Source of the DNA: Escherichia coli 042
GTDB lineage: Bacteria; Pseudomonadota; Gammaproteobacteria; Enterobacterales; Enterobacteriaceae
Assembly (NCBI RefSeq): GCF_000027125.1
Contig: NC_017626.1
Reading direction: 5' to 3' (one strand)
DNA length: 64,000 nucleotides
The position numbers and the translations under genes were made by a program. The notes below the pieces were generated by a model, which searched no databases, had not been told where the DNA came from, and was given only the letters and a program-made list of their open reading frames with translations. How positions within the stretch are numbered: position 1 is the stretch's first letter; the number at the start of each line of letters is the position of its first letter. This document shows positions 27,922-37,671 of the stretch, one piece after another.

Positions 27922-28836
27922 ATGTTATCTATTAACACCAATAACGCCTCAATGGCCGCCGTTAATGCAATCAGCAAAAGCAGCTCTTCTCTGTCTACAT
28001 CTATGGAACGCCTGGCGACAGGTAACCGGATTAACTCTTCTGCCGATGACGCCGCAGGCAAACAAATTGCTAACCGTCTGACAGCACAGTCCAGCGGTAT
28101 GGGTGTTGCGCTGAGCAACATCAATGATGCCACCGCGATGCTGCAAACCGCTGACAGCATGTTCGACGAAATGTCTGACGTGCTGGGTCGTATGAAAGAC
28201 CTGTCAACTCAGGCAGCGAACGGCACCTACAGCGACGACGACCTGCAGGCGATGCAGGACGAATACGACGAACTGGGCCAGCAGATGTCTGACATGCTGC
28301 AAAACACCACTTACGGCGGCACCAACCTGTTCGGTGTTTCCGGTACCAGCAACACCGGTACTGACGGTCTGTTCCAGAGCGCGGTAACTTTCCAGGTGGG
28401 CGCGGAATCTTCCGACACCATGACCGTGAATATTTCAAGCCAGCTGAATACCCTGGTGACGGATCTTTCTGCAATCAGCAACTCCTTTAGTGCGGATCAG
28501 GCTGACACCACTGGCACCGCAGGCGTTTCTGGCGGTACTGAGCTGACTGCGTCTGGCTCGGCTAACCAGATGATCACCAGCATCTCTACCGCGATGGATG
28601 ACGTGTCTCAGATCCAGTCCAAGCTGGGTGCCTCTATCAACCGTCTGAACGACACTGCCAACAACCTGACCAGTATGCAAGACAACACCGAAGTCGCTAT
28701 CGGTAACATCATGGATACCGACTACGCGACGGAAGCGTCCAATATGACCAAACAGCAAGTGCTGATGCAGACTGGCATCACCATGCTGAAACAGTCCAAC
28801 AGCATGTCCAGCATGGTTTCCAGCCTGCTGCAGTAA
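27922..28836 (+). CDS. lafA: Lateral flagellin
   Basis: Flagellin N-terminus (MLSINTNNASMAAVNAISKSSSSLSTSMERLATGNRINSSADDAAG) and C-terminus (TKQQVLMQTGITMLKQSN); start at 27922 with AGGAG ribosome-binding site. Confidence 0.9.
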   Translation: MLSINTNNASMAAVNAISKSSSSLSTSMERLATGNRINSSADDAAGKQIANRLTAQSSGMGVALSNINDATAMLQTADSMFDEMSDVLGRMKDLSTQAANGTYSDDDLQAMQDEYDELGQQMSDMLQNTTYGGTNLFGVSGTSNTGTDGLFQSAVTFQVGAESSDTMTVNISSQLNTLVTDLSAISNSFSADQADTTGTAGVSGGTELTASGSANQMITSISTAMDDVSQIQSKLGASINRLNDTANNLTSMQDNTEVAIGNIMDTDYATEASNMTKQQVLMQTGITMLKQSNSMSSMVSSLLQ

Positions 28837-28837
28837 T

Positions 28838-28870
28838 GGCGGACTTGCCGATGCGGCGTAAACGCCTTAT
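28838..28870. repeat. REP unit
   Basis: GCCGATGCGGCGTAAACGCCTTATCCGGCC. Confidence 0.8.
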
Positions 28871-28880
28871 CCGGCCACGA

Positions 28881-28927
28881 ACAACACCGCCTGCGGGCGG
28901 TGTTGTGCTTTCAGCGGCAGGCTTTTT
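28881..28927 (+). terminator. Rho-independent terminator after lafA
   Basis: GC-rich hairpin (CAACACCGCC...GGCGGTGTTG inside GCCTGC...GCAGGC) followed by TTTTTT. Confidence 0.65.
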
Positions 28928-28992
28928 TCCGCCAGAACGGAAACGTCATTTCCGCCTGTTTTTCAATCTATTGATTATTCACATAAAAAATA

Positions 28993-29008
28993 TTGGCACG
29001 CCTTTTGC
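28993..29008 (+). promoter_or_regulatory. Sigma-54 (-24/-12) promoter upstream of lafB
   Basis: TGGCAC-GCCTT-TTGCC, matching TGGCAC-N5-TTGC, 33 bp upstream of the lafB ATG. Confidence 0.7.
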
Positions 29009-29040
29009 CATTAACCTGACATCGTTACCCGGAGTCATCA

Positions 29041-30357
29041 ATGATTAACCCAAGAACCATTGCGCAAGAAATTGCTTATGCGGATGTCGCCACCCAGGCG
29101 GCAAATTTGCAGGAGAAGCAGACCGAGCTGGACGCTGAAAGCAGCGGCCTGGACTCGCTCAGCTCGGCGTTAAGCGATTTCCAGAGCGCCGTTGACGCGC
29201 TGAACAGCGATACCGACGGCCCGGTGACTTTTGCCGCCACCAGCAATAATGACTCGGCGACCGTTTCCGCTAACTCGCAGGCACAGGCGGGAAGCTACTC
29301 GTTTTTCGTTGAGCAACTGGCGCAGGGGCAGCAAACCACGTTCAGTATGGGCGACGACGCCTTTTCCGCTACCGGTACTTTTGAACTGACGATGGGCGAC
29401 AGCACCATGGATATCGATCTGTCGGCGGCAGATCAGAACGGTGACGGCGACGGTTTTATCGACGCCAGCGAACTGGTGAACGCGATTAACGACTCCGATG
29501 ATAATCCAGGCGTTTCAGCGGCGTTGGTGAAAACCGACGGCACCACCACCATTATGCTCACCTCCGATAGCACCGGGGCGCAGAGCGCGTTTTCGGTGAG
29601 CGTAACGGGGCATGATGCCAGCAACGATAGCACCAGCGCGCCCGTTGCCACGGTTGTTTCCTCAGCCCAGGACGCGATTATTCATCTCGGTAGCGCCACG
29701 GGCCCGGCGATCACCAACAGCAGCAATACGTTTGATGATGTGATCCCCGGCGTCACCATGACTTTTACCGAAGTCAGCGATTCTGACAGCGACCTCACCA
29801 CTTTTAACATCAGCGAAGATTCCAGCTCCAGCCAGGAGAAAGTACAGACTTTTGTCGATGCCTATAACACCTTGATTGATACGGTTGATTCGCTAACCAC
29901 TCACGGTGATGACAGTACCAGCGCCGGGGTATTTGCAGGCGACGCCGGACTCAGTTCACTGGCGAACCAGCTCGATGACATCGCCCATGCCAGCTACAAC
30001 GGCGTGTCGATTGTTGACTATGGCATCACCCTCGATTCTCACGGCCACTTACAGATTGACTCCGACCAGTTCAACGACGAAATGGCGAAAAATCCTGACG
30101 GTCTGACCTCTATTTTCGTTGGCGACAACAGCATGGTAGCGCAGATGGACGACCTGATTAACACCTACACGGACTCCAGCAACGGCATCATCACCCTGCG
30201 CCAGCAGAACATTGACGATCAGATGAGCAAAATTCAGGACGAAGGCGATCAGCTTACTGATACCTATAACGCCAACTACGACCGTTATCTCGAGGAGTAC
30301 ACCAACACGCTGGTCGAGGTGTACACCATGAAAGCCAGCATGGCGGCATTCGCGTAA
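29041..30357 (+). CDS. lafB: FliD homolog (filament cap)
   Basis: 438-aa ORF with FliD-like termini, directly after the flagellin gene. Confidence 0.82.
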   Translation: MINPRTIAQEIAYADVATQAANLQEKQTELDAESSGLDSLSSALSDFQSAVDALNSDTDGPVTFAATSNNDSATVSANSQAQAGSYSFFVEQLAQGQQTTFSMGDDAFSATGTFELTMGDSTMDIDLSAADQNGDGDGFIDASELVNAINDSDDNPGVSAALVKTDGTTTIMLTSDSTGAQSAFSVSVTGHDASNDSTSAPVATVVSSAQDAIIHLGSATGPAITNSSNTFDDVIPGVTMTFTEVSDSDSDLTTFNISEDSSSSQEKVQTFVDAYNTLIDTVDSLTTHGDDSTSAGVFAGDAGLSSLANQLDDIAHASYNGVSIVDYGITLDSHGHLQIDSDQFNDEMAKNPDGLTSIFVGDNSMVAQMDDLINTYTDSSNGIITLRQQNIDDQMSKIQDEGDQLTDTYNANYDRYLEEYTNTLVEVYTMKASMAAFA

Positions 30358-30379
30358 CTCAGAAGGAATATCCCTAAAG

Positions 30380-30772
30380 ATGTACCAAGTACAGGACGGC
30401 TATTCGCAATATAAAGAGATCGATCTCGCGGCGCGTACCGCGGCGGCATCGCCTCTGGAACTGGTGCTGGTGCTGTTTTCTGGCCTGATGGACGAGCTGG
30501 AACGCGCCAAAAGCCATATTGAAGGGCGGCGTTTCGAGAAGAAAGCCCAGAGCATCAATAAATGCATCGACATTCTCAATGCGCTCACCAGTTCGCTGGA
30601 ATTTGAAACCGGCGGCGAGCTGGTGGTCAACCTTTCGCGCCTCTATGACCACTGCGTTTACCGATTGTATGAAGCCAGCGGCGAACTGTCGGCAGAGAAA
30701 ATCGATGAAGTGATGCTGATCTTAAGCAACCTGCGCGAAGGCTGGGAAGGGCTTTCGGGCAAGCTGGGTTAA
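30380..30772 (+). CDS. lafC: FliS homolog (flagellin chaperone)
   Basis: 130-aa ORF with FliS-like sequence (LVLVLFSGLMDELERAKSHIEG). Confidence 0.85.
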   Translation: MYQVQDGYSQYKEIDLAARTAAASPLELVLVLFSGLMDELERAKSHIEGRRFEKKAQSINKCIDILNALTSSLEFETGGELVVNLSRLYDHCVYRLYEASGELSAEKIDEVMLILSNLREGWEGLSGKLG

Positions 30773-30776
30773 GACG

Positions 30777-31088
30777 ATGGAAAAACAACGCAGGCAACTT
30801 TTCGTACTGGTCGAGGCGATGAATGAAGCCCTCGACAAGCAACGCTGGCGACGCCTTCCGGCCCTGCATCAGCAGGTGATGCGCCAGTTTCACGATTATG
30901 CGACGGCGGAAACCGATGCGACGCAGTTGTGTGCGGTGAAGGCGCAACTGTACGGCGCGTTTAATGCCCTGATTAAACGACGCGAGCAGCGCGCAGAAGT
31001 GTTGAAAGCGCGTATGGAGCAGCATCAACGGCATCAGGAAGGTGTGCTGGCCTACTCAATTGTTAATTTACTTTCGGAGAAGTCATGA
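30777..31088 (+). CDS. lafD: FliT-like chaperone
   Basis: 103-aa helical ORF after the fliS homolog (fliD-fliS-fliT order). Confidence 0.6.
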   Translation: MEKQRRQLFVLVEAMNEALDKQRWRRLPALHQQVMRQFHDYATAETDATQLCAVKAQLYGAFNALIKRREQRAEVLKARMEQHQRHQEGVLAYSIVNLLSEKS

Positions 31089-32146
31089 ATCCGGCATTGC
31101 TTGCCACGCTCGGAACGCTTGCGGAAACGGCGTCGCTGAAAGCGGATATTTTACCGCCGATGAGCGGTAAAAACGCGCCCGCGTTTACCCTGCCGAAAAT
31201 GGCGGTCGCGGCGGTGGCGGAGCGCGTTCATAGCGCTAAAACCAGTCAGCAACAGGCGACGCGCCCGCAGGAGAACGATCCGGTGGCGATGCAGGCGCTA
31301 ATGGCGCTGTTACTTCCGCAACCTGCCGCGACGCATCAGGACACGCCGCAGCCGCGAAACGTCGCAACATCGCCGGTTATTCAGCAATTGACGAAAGCGG
31401 TGGTGCAAAACGCGCCGCAACGCCCGACACAACAGCAGGAACTCACGACATTGCCGCCACAGTTGCAGGAACTGATCGGTCAGTTGCCGCAGGCGAAACC
31501 CGAACAGCAGGCCAGACTGGCAATTTACGCCAGTGAAGATTTACATGCCATTGCGCCGACGCAGCCGCGCGTCTCAACACAGCCCGCTCGCCCGAAACCT
31601 GAACTAACCCGTGTGACCGCGCGCCCACAGGTCGAGCGTAAAACGGAAAAAGTGCCGGACAGCGAACCGGTTATTGCGCGTGCGGTGTTGCAGGTTAAGA
31701 CGCCGGAGCTGGTCAGCCAGCATCAGGAGATTGTCGCCAAACCAGCCACGCTTTCAATGGACGAACTGGGCGAAAAACTGACGACGCTGTTGAAAGATCA
31801 GATCCACTTTCAGCTCAACAAACAACAGCAGATCTCCACCATCCGTCTCGATCCACCGTCGCTTGGCAAGCTCGAGATCGTCGTACAACTCGATAACGGC
31901 AAACTGATGGTGCACATCGGCGCGAACCAAAGTGAAGTTTGCCGCGCGTTACAACAGTTTAGCGACGATCTCCGCCAGCATCTGACGGCGCAAAATTTTA
32001 TGGAGGTGAACGTACAGGTTTCCTCCGAAGGGCAGTCGCAGCAACAACAACAGTCGGGCCATCAGCAGGAAGAGGTGAGTGCCGCCTTACAGCTTGATGA
32101 TGCGCCTCAATTTCAACAGAACGAATCCGTTTTGATCAAAGTGTAA
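31085..32146 (+). CDS. lafE: FliK homolog (hook-length control)
   Basis: Pro/Gln-rich linker and C-terminal FliK-type domain (LDPPSLGKLEIVVQLDNGKLMVHIGANQSEV). Confidence 0.78.
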   Translation: MNPALLATLGTLAETASLKADILPPMSGKNAPAFTLPKMAVAAVAERVHSAKTSQQQATRPQENDPVAMQALMALLLPQPAATHQDTPQPRNVATSPVIQQLTKAVVQNAPQRPTQQQELTTLPPQLQELIGQLPQAKPEQQARLAIYASEDLHAIAPTQPRVSTQPARPKPELTRVTARPQVERKTEKVPDSEPVIARAVLQVKTPELVSQHQEIVAKPATLSMDELGEKLTTLLKDQIHFQLNKQQQISTIRLDPPSLGKLEIVVQLDNGKLMVHIGANQSEVCRALQQFSDDLRQHLTAQNFMEVNVQVSSEGQSQQQQQSGHQQEEVSAALQLDDAPQFQQNESVLIKV

Positions 32147-32153
32147 AGGCAAT

Positions 32154-32621
32154 ATGAAGAAAATCGTGGTGGCGGGCGTGGTCAGCGCCGTTCTGGCGTT
32201 GGTGGTGGGGGCCGGAGCTGGATGGGGTGTCTGGCATCATTATGCCGGAAAAGGAAAACCGACTGCCGCCGCGCAGACGGAAACGGTGGAAACCCTGGAT
32301 GAAAGCAAAAGCGTGTTTGTGACGTTGCCGGAAACCATTGTCACTTTGCATGACAACAACGGCGCGGACCATTATTTGTCGGCGGAATTAGTGATGGTGG
32401 TTGCCAGTGACAAAGAAGCGGAAAAAATAAAACATCAGGAGCCGCTGTATCAAAGTATTGCAGTTGAATGCCTGACGGAAATGAAATTTGAAGATTTGCG
32501 CGGCATGAAAATATCTGCCATCCGCAAACTGATTTCGGATGCGTTAAAGAAAGATCTTCAACGTCGCAAAATGAGCGCACCGTATAAGGATTTGCTGGTG
32601 AAAAAAGTGGTCTTCCAGTAA
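32154..32621 (+). CDS. lafF: FliL homolog (basal-body-associated membrane protein)
   Basis: 155-aa ORF with one N-terminal TM helix and FliL-like periplasmic region. Confidence 0.75.
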   Translation: MKKIVVAGVVSAVLALVVGAGAGWGVWHHYAGKGKPTAAAQTETVETLDESKSVFVTLPETIVTLHDNNGADHYLSAELVMVVASDKEAEKIKHQEPLYQSIAVECLTEMKFEDLRGMKISAIRKLISDALKKDLQRRKMSAPYKDLLVKKVVFQ

Positions 32622-32640
32622 TCACCAGGCGGATATAAAC

Positions 32641-33357
32641 ATGCTACAGGATGTATTCGAGTCAGAAGAATTTGCTGCCGCGCCGGTATTAACCCCGCAG
32701 CAGGAGAGCCACTACTTGCAGGCCTATTTACCACTGGTGCGTAAAGTTGTGCGGCAACTTGCCCCGCAGTGTAATTGCATTATTGATCGTCAGGATATGG
32801 AACAAACGGCGTTAATGGGGCTGCTTAATGCCATTCGCCGCTACGGACTGCCGGACGAAGGTTTTGCGGGCTATGCCGTGCACCGTATTCGCGGCGCGAT
32901 CCTGGATGAGCTGCGCGCTCTCGACTGGCGACCGCGCCAGCTGCGACAGAAATATCATCAGATGAAAGATCTGATTCGTGAGACGCGCAAAAAACTGGGG
33001 CACGAACCGGAGTGGTCAGAACTGGCCGTGGAAGGGATTTCGCATGAAGATTATCTCGAATATCAGCAACTGGAAGGGGCGGAAACGCTCGCCAGCCTGG
33101 ACGAACTGCTGAACGGTGAAGGGCCCGGCATTCCACTTGCTGGCAGGGAACTGGAAGATCAGTTTGTCACCCAGCAAATGCTGCAACACGCGCTTTCACT
33201 ATTAAGCGAAAAAGAGCAACTGATCCTCTCCATGTATTACCAGCATGAGATGAATCTCAAAGAGATTGCGCTGGTATTAGGGCTAACCGAGGCCCGAATT
33301 TGTCAACTGAATAAACAGATCGCGCAGAAAATTCGTGATTTTGTCTATCCGAATTAA
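32641..33357 (+). CDS. lafS: Sigma-28 (FliA-family) sigma factor
   Basis: 238-aa ORF with sigma-70 region 2 and region 4 HTH (LKEIALVLGLTEARICQLNKQI). Confidence 0.85.
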   Translation: MLQDVFESEEFAAAPVLTPQQESHYLQAYLPLVRKVVRQLAPQCNCIIDRQDMEQTALMGLLNAIRRYGLPDEGFAGYAVHRIRGAILDELRALDWRPRQLRQKYHQMKDLIRETRKKLGHEPEWSELAVEGISHEDYLEYQQLEGAETLASLDELLNGEGPGIPLAGRELEDQFVTQQMLQHALSLLSEKEQLILSMYYQHEMNLKEIALVLGLTEARICQLNKQIAQKIRDFVYPN

Positions 33358-33369
33358 AGTGAAGAAATC

Positions 33370-34233
33370 ATGCAAAAAATATTAGGTTTACTGGTGGTGC
33401 TCGGCTGCGTATTTGGCGGTTATTTTGAAGCGGGCGGGCAACTAGTGGCTATCTGGCAACCGGCGGAGATGATCATTATTTGGGGTGCCGGTTTCGGGGC
33501 GATGATTATTGGTAACCCGAAACATGTGCTGAAAGAGATTGCCCATCAAATTAAAGGCGTGATCAGTAAAAAACAGCTCGGGCCGGAGTTTCAGCGCCAG
33601 CTATTAATGTGTCTGTATGAGTTGCTCGAAATGGTGCAAAACGGTGGTCTGCGCATGTTGGATCAGCATATTGAGCAGCCGGAAGAGAGCACCATTTTCC
33701 AGAAATACCCGCTGGTGTTAACCCAGAAGCGGCTGGTGACCTTTATTGCCGATAACTTTCGCCTGATGGCGATGGGCAAGATTGACGCCCATGAACTGGA
33801 AGGCATTCTCGATCAGGAACTGGACACCGCGGAAGAGTCCCTGTTAACGCCGTCGCGCTCGCTGCAACGTACTGCCGAAGCGATGCCGGGATTTGGTATT
33901 TGCGCGGCGGTGCTGGGCATCATCATCACCATGCAGTCGATTGATGGATCTATCGCCCTGATTGGCCTGAAAGTGGCGGCGGCGCTGGTGGGGACGTTTT
34001 TAGGCGTCTTTATCTGCTACTGCCTGATGGACCCGCTCGCCAACGCCATGGAACAACAGGCGCGGGCGGAACATTCTTTGCTGGAGTGCGTGCGTACTGT
34101 GCTGGTGGCGCAGGCAGGCGGCAAACCGACGCTGCTGGCGGTGGACGCCGGGCGTAAGCTGCTGCATCTGGCGTCCAAACCGACCTTCGCCAACCTCGAT
34201 GCGTGGGTGAATGCGATGCTGGAGCAAGAATAA
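33370..34233 (+). CDS. lafT: MotA homolog (stator)
   Basis: 287-aa four-TM protein with MotA/TolQ/ExbB-type C-terminal helices. Confidence 0.85.
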   Translation: MQKILGLLVVLGCVFGGYFEAGGQLVAIWQPAEMIIIWGAGFGAMIIGNPKHVLKEIAHQIKGVISKKQLGPEFQRQLLMCLYELLEMVQNGGLRMLDQHIEQPEESTIFQKYPLVLTQKRLVTFIADNFRLMAMGKIDAHELEGILDQELDTAEESLLTPSRSLQRTAEAMPGFGICAAVLGIIITMQSIDGSIALIGLKVAAALVGTFLGVFICYCLMDPLANAMEQQARAEHSLLECVRTVLVAQAGGKPTLLAVDAGRKLLHLASKPTFANLDAWVNAMLEQE

Positions 34234-34235
34234 GC

Positions 34236-35159
34236 ATGAGAAAGACGGGCAACCGCCGCGAGCGTGGGGCAAAAACCACCATCGTCCGGCGGCAGATCAA
34301 AAAGAATCATGCCGGGCATCATGGCGGGGCGTGGAAGGTGGCGTTCGCCGATTTTACTTTGGCAATGATGGCGCTGTTTATGACGCTGTGGATTGTCAAC
34401 AGCGTCAGTAAATCCGAGCGTGAAAGCATTATCGCCGCGCTGCACGGGCAGTCGATTTTCAATGGCGGCGGGTTGTCGCCGTTAAATAAAATCAGCCCGT
34501 CTCATCCGCCAAAACCTGCCACCGTGGCGGCGCCGGAAGAGACGGAGAAAAAAGCGCGTGACGTCAATGAGAAAACGGCGCTGCTGAAGAAGAAATCCGC
34601 TACTGAGCTTGGCGAGCTGGCGACCAGTATCAACACCATTGCCCGTGATGCACATATGGAAGCGAATCTGGAGATGGAGATTGTTCCCCAGGGACTGCGC
34701 GTGCTGATTAAAGATGACCAGAACCGCAATATGTTTGAACGCGGCAGCGCACAGATTATGCCGTTCTTTAAAACTTTGCTGGTGGAGCTCGCGCCAGTGT
34801 TCGACTCGCTCGATAACAAAATTATTATTACCGGGCATACCGATGCGATGGCCTACAAAAACAATATCTACAACAACTGGAACCTTTCGGGCGATCGCGC
34901 GCTTTCGGCTCGTCGGGTGCTGGAAGAGGCCGGAATGCCGGAAGATAAAGTGATGCAGGTGAGCGCGATGGCGGACCAGATGCTGCTGGACGCGAAAAAT
35001 CCGCAAAGCGCGGGCAACCGACGCATTGAGATTATGGTGCTGACCAAAAGTGCGTCCGATACGCTGTATCAATACTTTGGTCAGCATGGGGATAAAGTGG
35101 TGCAGCCGCTGGTGCAAAAGCTGGATAAGCAGCAGGTGCATTCGCAGCGAACGCGCTAG
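34236..35159 (+). CDS. lafU: MotB homolog (stator, OmpA-like peptidoglycan-binding domain)
   Basis: N-terminal TM helix (FADFTLAMMALFMTLWIV) and OmpA-like C-terminus (NWNLSGDRALSARRVL); start at ATG 34236. Confidence 0.85.
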   Translation: MRKTGNRRERGAKTTIVRRQIKKNHAGHHGGAWKVAFADFTLAMMALFMTLWIVNSVSKSERESIIAALHGQSIFNGGGLSPLNKISPSHPPKPATVAAPEETEKKARDVNEKTALLKKKSATELGELATSINTIARDAHMEANLEMEIVPQGLRVLIKDDQNRNMFERGSAQIMPFFKTLLVELAPVFDSLDNKIIITGHTDAMAYKNNIYNNWNLSGDRALSARRVLEEAGMPEDKVMQVSAMADQMLLDAKNPQSAGNRRIEIMVLTKSASDTLYQYFGQHGDKVVQPLVQKLDKQQVHSQRTR

Positions 35160-35197
35160 ATGCTGAATCTTTACGCATTTCTCAAACCCTGAAATCA

Positions 35198-35213
35198 CTG
35201 TATACTTTACCAG
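35198..35213 (+). promoter_or_regulatory. LexA (SOS) box of dinB
   Basis: CTGTATACTTTACCAG matches CTGT-N8-ACAG, 17 bp upstream of the dinB ATG. Confidence 0.85.
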
Positions 35214-35229
35214 TGTTGAGAGGTGAGCA

Positions 35230-36285
35230 ATGCGTAAAATCATTCATGTGGATATGGACTGCTTTTTCGCAGCGGTGGAGATGCGCGACAATCCCGCCCT
35301 GCGCGATATCCCTATTGCTATTGGCGGCAGCCGCGAACGTCGGGGGGTGATCAGCACCGCCAATTATCCCGCGCGTAAATTTGGCGTACGTAGCGCTATG
35401 CCGACAGGGATGGCGCTCAAATTTTGCCCACATCTCACGCTGCTTCCAGGGCGCTTTGACGCCTACAAAGAAGCCTCAAATCATATCCGCGAAATTTTCT
35501 CGCGCTATACCTCGCGCATTGAACCGTTATCACTGGATGAAGCCTATCTCGACGTCACCGATAGTGTGCATTGCCACGGTTCTGCGACCCTCATCGCCCA
35601 GGAAATCCGCCAGACGATTTTCAACGAGCTGCAACTGACGGCATCTGCGGGCGTTGCGCCGGTAAAGTTTCTCGCCAAAATTGCTTCCGACATGAATAAA
35701 CCCAACGGTCAGTTTGTGATTACTCCGGCAGAAGTTCCGGCATTTCTGCAAACCTTACCGCTGGCAAAAATTCCTGGCGTCGGCAAAGTCTCGGCGGCAA
35801 AACTGGAAGCGATGGGGCTGCGGACCTGCGGTGATGTGCAAAAGTGTGATCTGGTGACTCTGCTCAAACGTTTTGGCAAATTTGGCCGCATTTTGTGGGA
35901 GCGTAGTCAGGGGATTGACGAGCGCGACGTTAACAGCGAACGGTTGCGAAAATCCGTCGGCGTGGAACGCACGATGGCGGAAGATATTCATCACTGGTCT
36001 GAATGTGAAGCGATTATCGAGCGGCTGTACCCGGAACTTGAACGCCGTCTGGCAAAGGTAAAACCTGATTTACTGATTGCCCGTCAGGGAGTGAAATTAA
36101 AGTTCGACGATTTCCAGCAAACCACTCAGGAGCACGTCTGGCCACGGCTGAATAAAGCTGATCTAATCGCCACCGCGCGTAAAACCTGGGATGAACGCCG
36201 CGGCGGGCGCGGTGTGCGACTGGTGGGGCTGCATGTGACGTTGCTTGACCCTCAAATGGAAAGACAACTGGTGCTGGGATTATGA
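35230..36285 (+). CDS. dinB: DNA polymerase IV
   Basis: 351-aa Y-family polymerase ([33 protein letters not shown]). Confidence 0.95.
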   Translation: MRKIIHVDMDCFFAAVEMRDNPALRDIPIAIGGSRERRGVISTANYPARKFGVRSAMPTGMALKFCPHLTLLPGRFDAYKEASNHIREIFSRYTSRIEPLSLDEAYLDVTDSVHCHGSATLIAQEIRQTIFNELQLTASAGVAPVKFLAKIASDMNKPNGQFVITPAEVPAFLQTLPLAKIPGVGKVSAAKLEAMGLRTCGDVQKCDLVTLLKRFGKFGRILWERSQGIDERDVNSERLRKSVGVERTMAEDIHHWSECEAIIERLYPELERRLAKVKPDLLIARQGVKLKFDDFQQTTQEHVWPRLNKADLIATARKTWDERRGGRGVRLVGLHVTLLDPQMERQLVLGL

Positions 36286-36336
36286 TGTATACTATTATGT
36301 CTATTCTGGTGTGCATTATTATGAGGGGATCACTGT

Positions 36337-36630
36337 ATGCATCGAATTCTTGCGGAAAAATCGGTCAATATCACTGAGTTACGTAAAAACCCAGCTAAAT
36401 ACTTTATTGATCAACCAGTTGCGGTTCTTTCTAATAATCGCCCCGCAGGATATCTCTTAAGTGCCAGCGCATTCGAAGCGTTAATGGACATGCTTGCTGA
36501 ACAAGAGGAGAAAAAGCCTATAAAGGCGCGCTTCCGTCCAAGTGCTGCAAGATTAGAGGAAATTACACGCCGAGCTGAAAAATATCTTAATGATATGACG
36601 GATGATGATTTCAATGACTTTAAGGAATAA
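36337..36630 (+). CDS. yafN: YafN antitoxin
   Basis: 97-aa Phd/YefM-like antitoxin located between dinB and yafO. Confidence 0.85.
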   Translation: MHRILAEKSVNITELRKNPAKYFIDQPVAVLSNNRPAGYLLSASAFEALMDMLAEQEEKKPIKARFRPSAARLEEITRRAEKYLNDMTDDDFNDFKE

Positions 36631-36632
36631 GG

Positions 36633-37031
36633 ATGCGGGTATTCAAAACAAAACTCATTCGCCTGCAACTTACAGCAGAGGAACTTGAAGCGTTAACGGC
36701 GGATTTTATTTCCTATAAGCGTGACGGTGTTTTGCCAGATATATTTGGTCGCGATGCACTCTACGACGACTCGTTTACCTGGCCATTAATCAAATTTGAG
36801 CGAGTTGCTCATATTCATCTGGCAAATTAGAATAATCCATTTCCGCCACAGTTGCGCCAATTCAGCAGAACGAATGACGAAGCGCATTTGGTATATTGTC
36901 AGGGTGCGTTTGATGAGCAAGCATGGTTGCTCATTGCCATTCTGAAACCTGAACCTCATAAACTGGCTCGAGATAACAACCAAATGCATAAAATTGGGAA
37001 AATGGCAGAAGCGTTTCGCATGCGTTTTTGA
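36633..37031 (+). pseudogene. yafO: YafO toxin gene interrupted by an in-frame TAG
   Basis: ORF stops at TAG 36828-36830 after 65 codons; same frame stays open for 66 more codons (NNPFPPQLRQFSRTNDEAHLVYCQGAF...MRF) to TGA 37029-37031, 10 bp before yafP. Confidence 0.75.
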
Positions 37032-37040
37032 ATTTATATT

Positions 37041-37493
37041 ATGAATAACATACATATAAGAAACTATCAGCCTGGCGATTTTCAGCAACTATGCGCTATT
37101 TTCCTTCGAGCGGTTACGATGACTGCCAGTCAGCACTATTCTCCACAGCAAATTGCCGCCTGGGCGCAGATTGACGAATCTCGCTGGAAAGATAAACTCG
37201 CGAAATCACAAGTGCGGGTTGCAGTCATTAATGCACAACCGGTTGGTTTTATTTCCCGCATTGAGCATTATATCGATATGTTATTTGTTGACCCTGAATA
37301 CACCCGCCGTGGGGTTGCCAGCGCTTTGTTAAAACCTTTGATTAAGTCTGAATCCGAACTTACGGTGGACGCCAGCATAACCGCAAAGCCCTTTTTTGAA
37401 CGTTATGGTTTTCAGACAGTTAAGCAGCAGTGCGTTGAATGCCGGGGAGCGTGGTTTACTAATTTTTATATGCGATATAAACCGCAACATTAA
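37041..37493 (+). CDS. yafP: GNAT-family acetyltransferase
   Basis: 150-aa ORF with GNAT-like sequence, in dinB-yafN-yafO-yafP order. Confidence 0.88.
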   Translation: MNNIHIRNYQPGDFQQLCAIFLRAVTMTASQHYSPQQIAAWAQIDESRWKDKLAKSQVRVAVINAQPVGFISRIEHYIDMLFVDPEYTRRGVASALLKPLIKSESELTVDASITAKPFFERYGFQTVKQQCVECRGAWFTNFYMRYKPQH

Positions 37494-37569
37494 ATCCAGC
37501 TTGCAATGAAAATAACGCCCGCCTAGTATGTGCGCGTTTTCTTATTCCACAAACTGCAAGGAGGTAAAT

Positions 37570-37617
37570 CATGACAAATCCTTTATCAATGACTCTTTGC
37601 AGACCTTTCCAGGATTA
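37570..37617 (+). CDS. 15-codon small ORF with strong ribosome-binding site (possible leader peptide)
   Basis: AAGGAGGT 5 nt upstream of ATG; encodes MTNPLSMTLCRPFQD; 55 bp upstream of the rtcB-like gene. Confidence 0.3.
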
Positions 37618-37671
37618 ATTCTTTTTTTCTTGCCCTGGATTCGTCTGCCATTTCCTGATTTTTATTCATAA

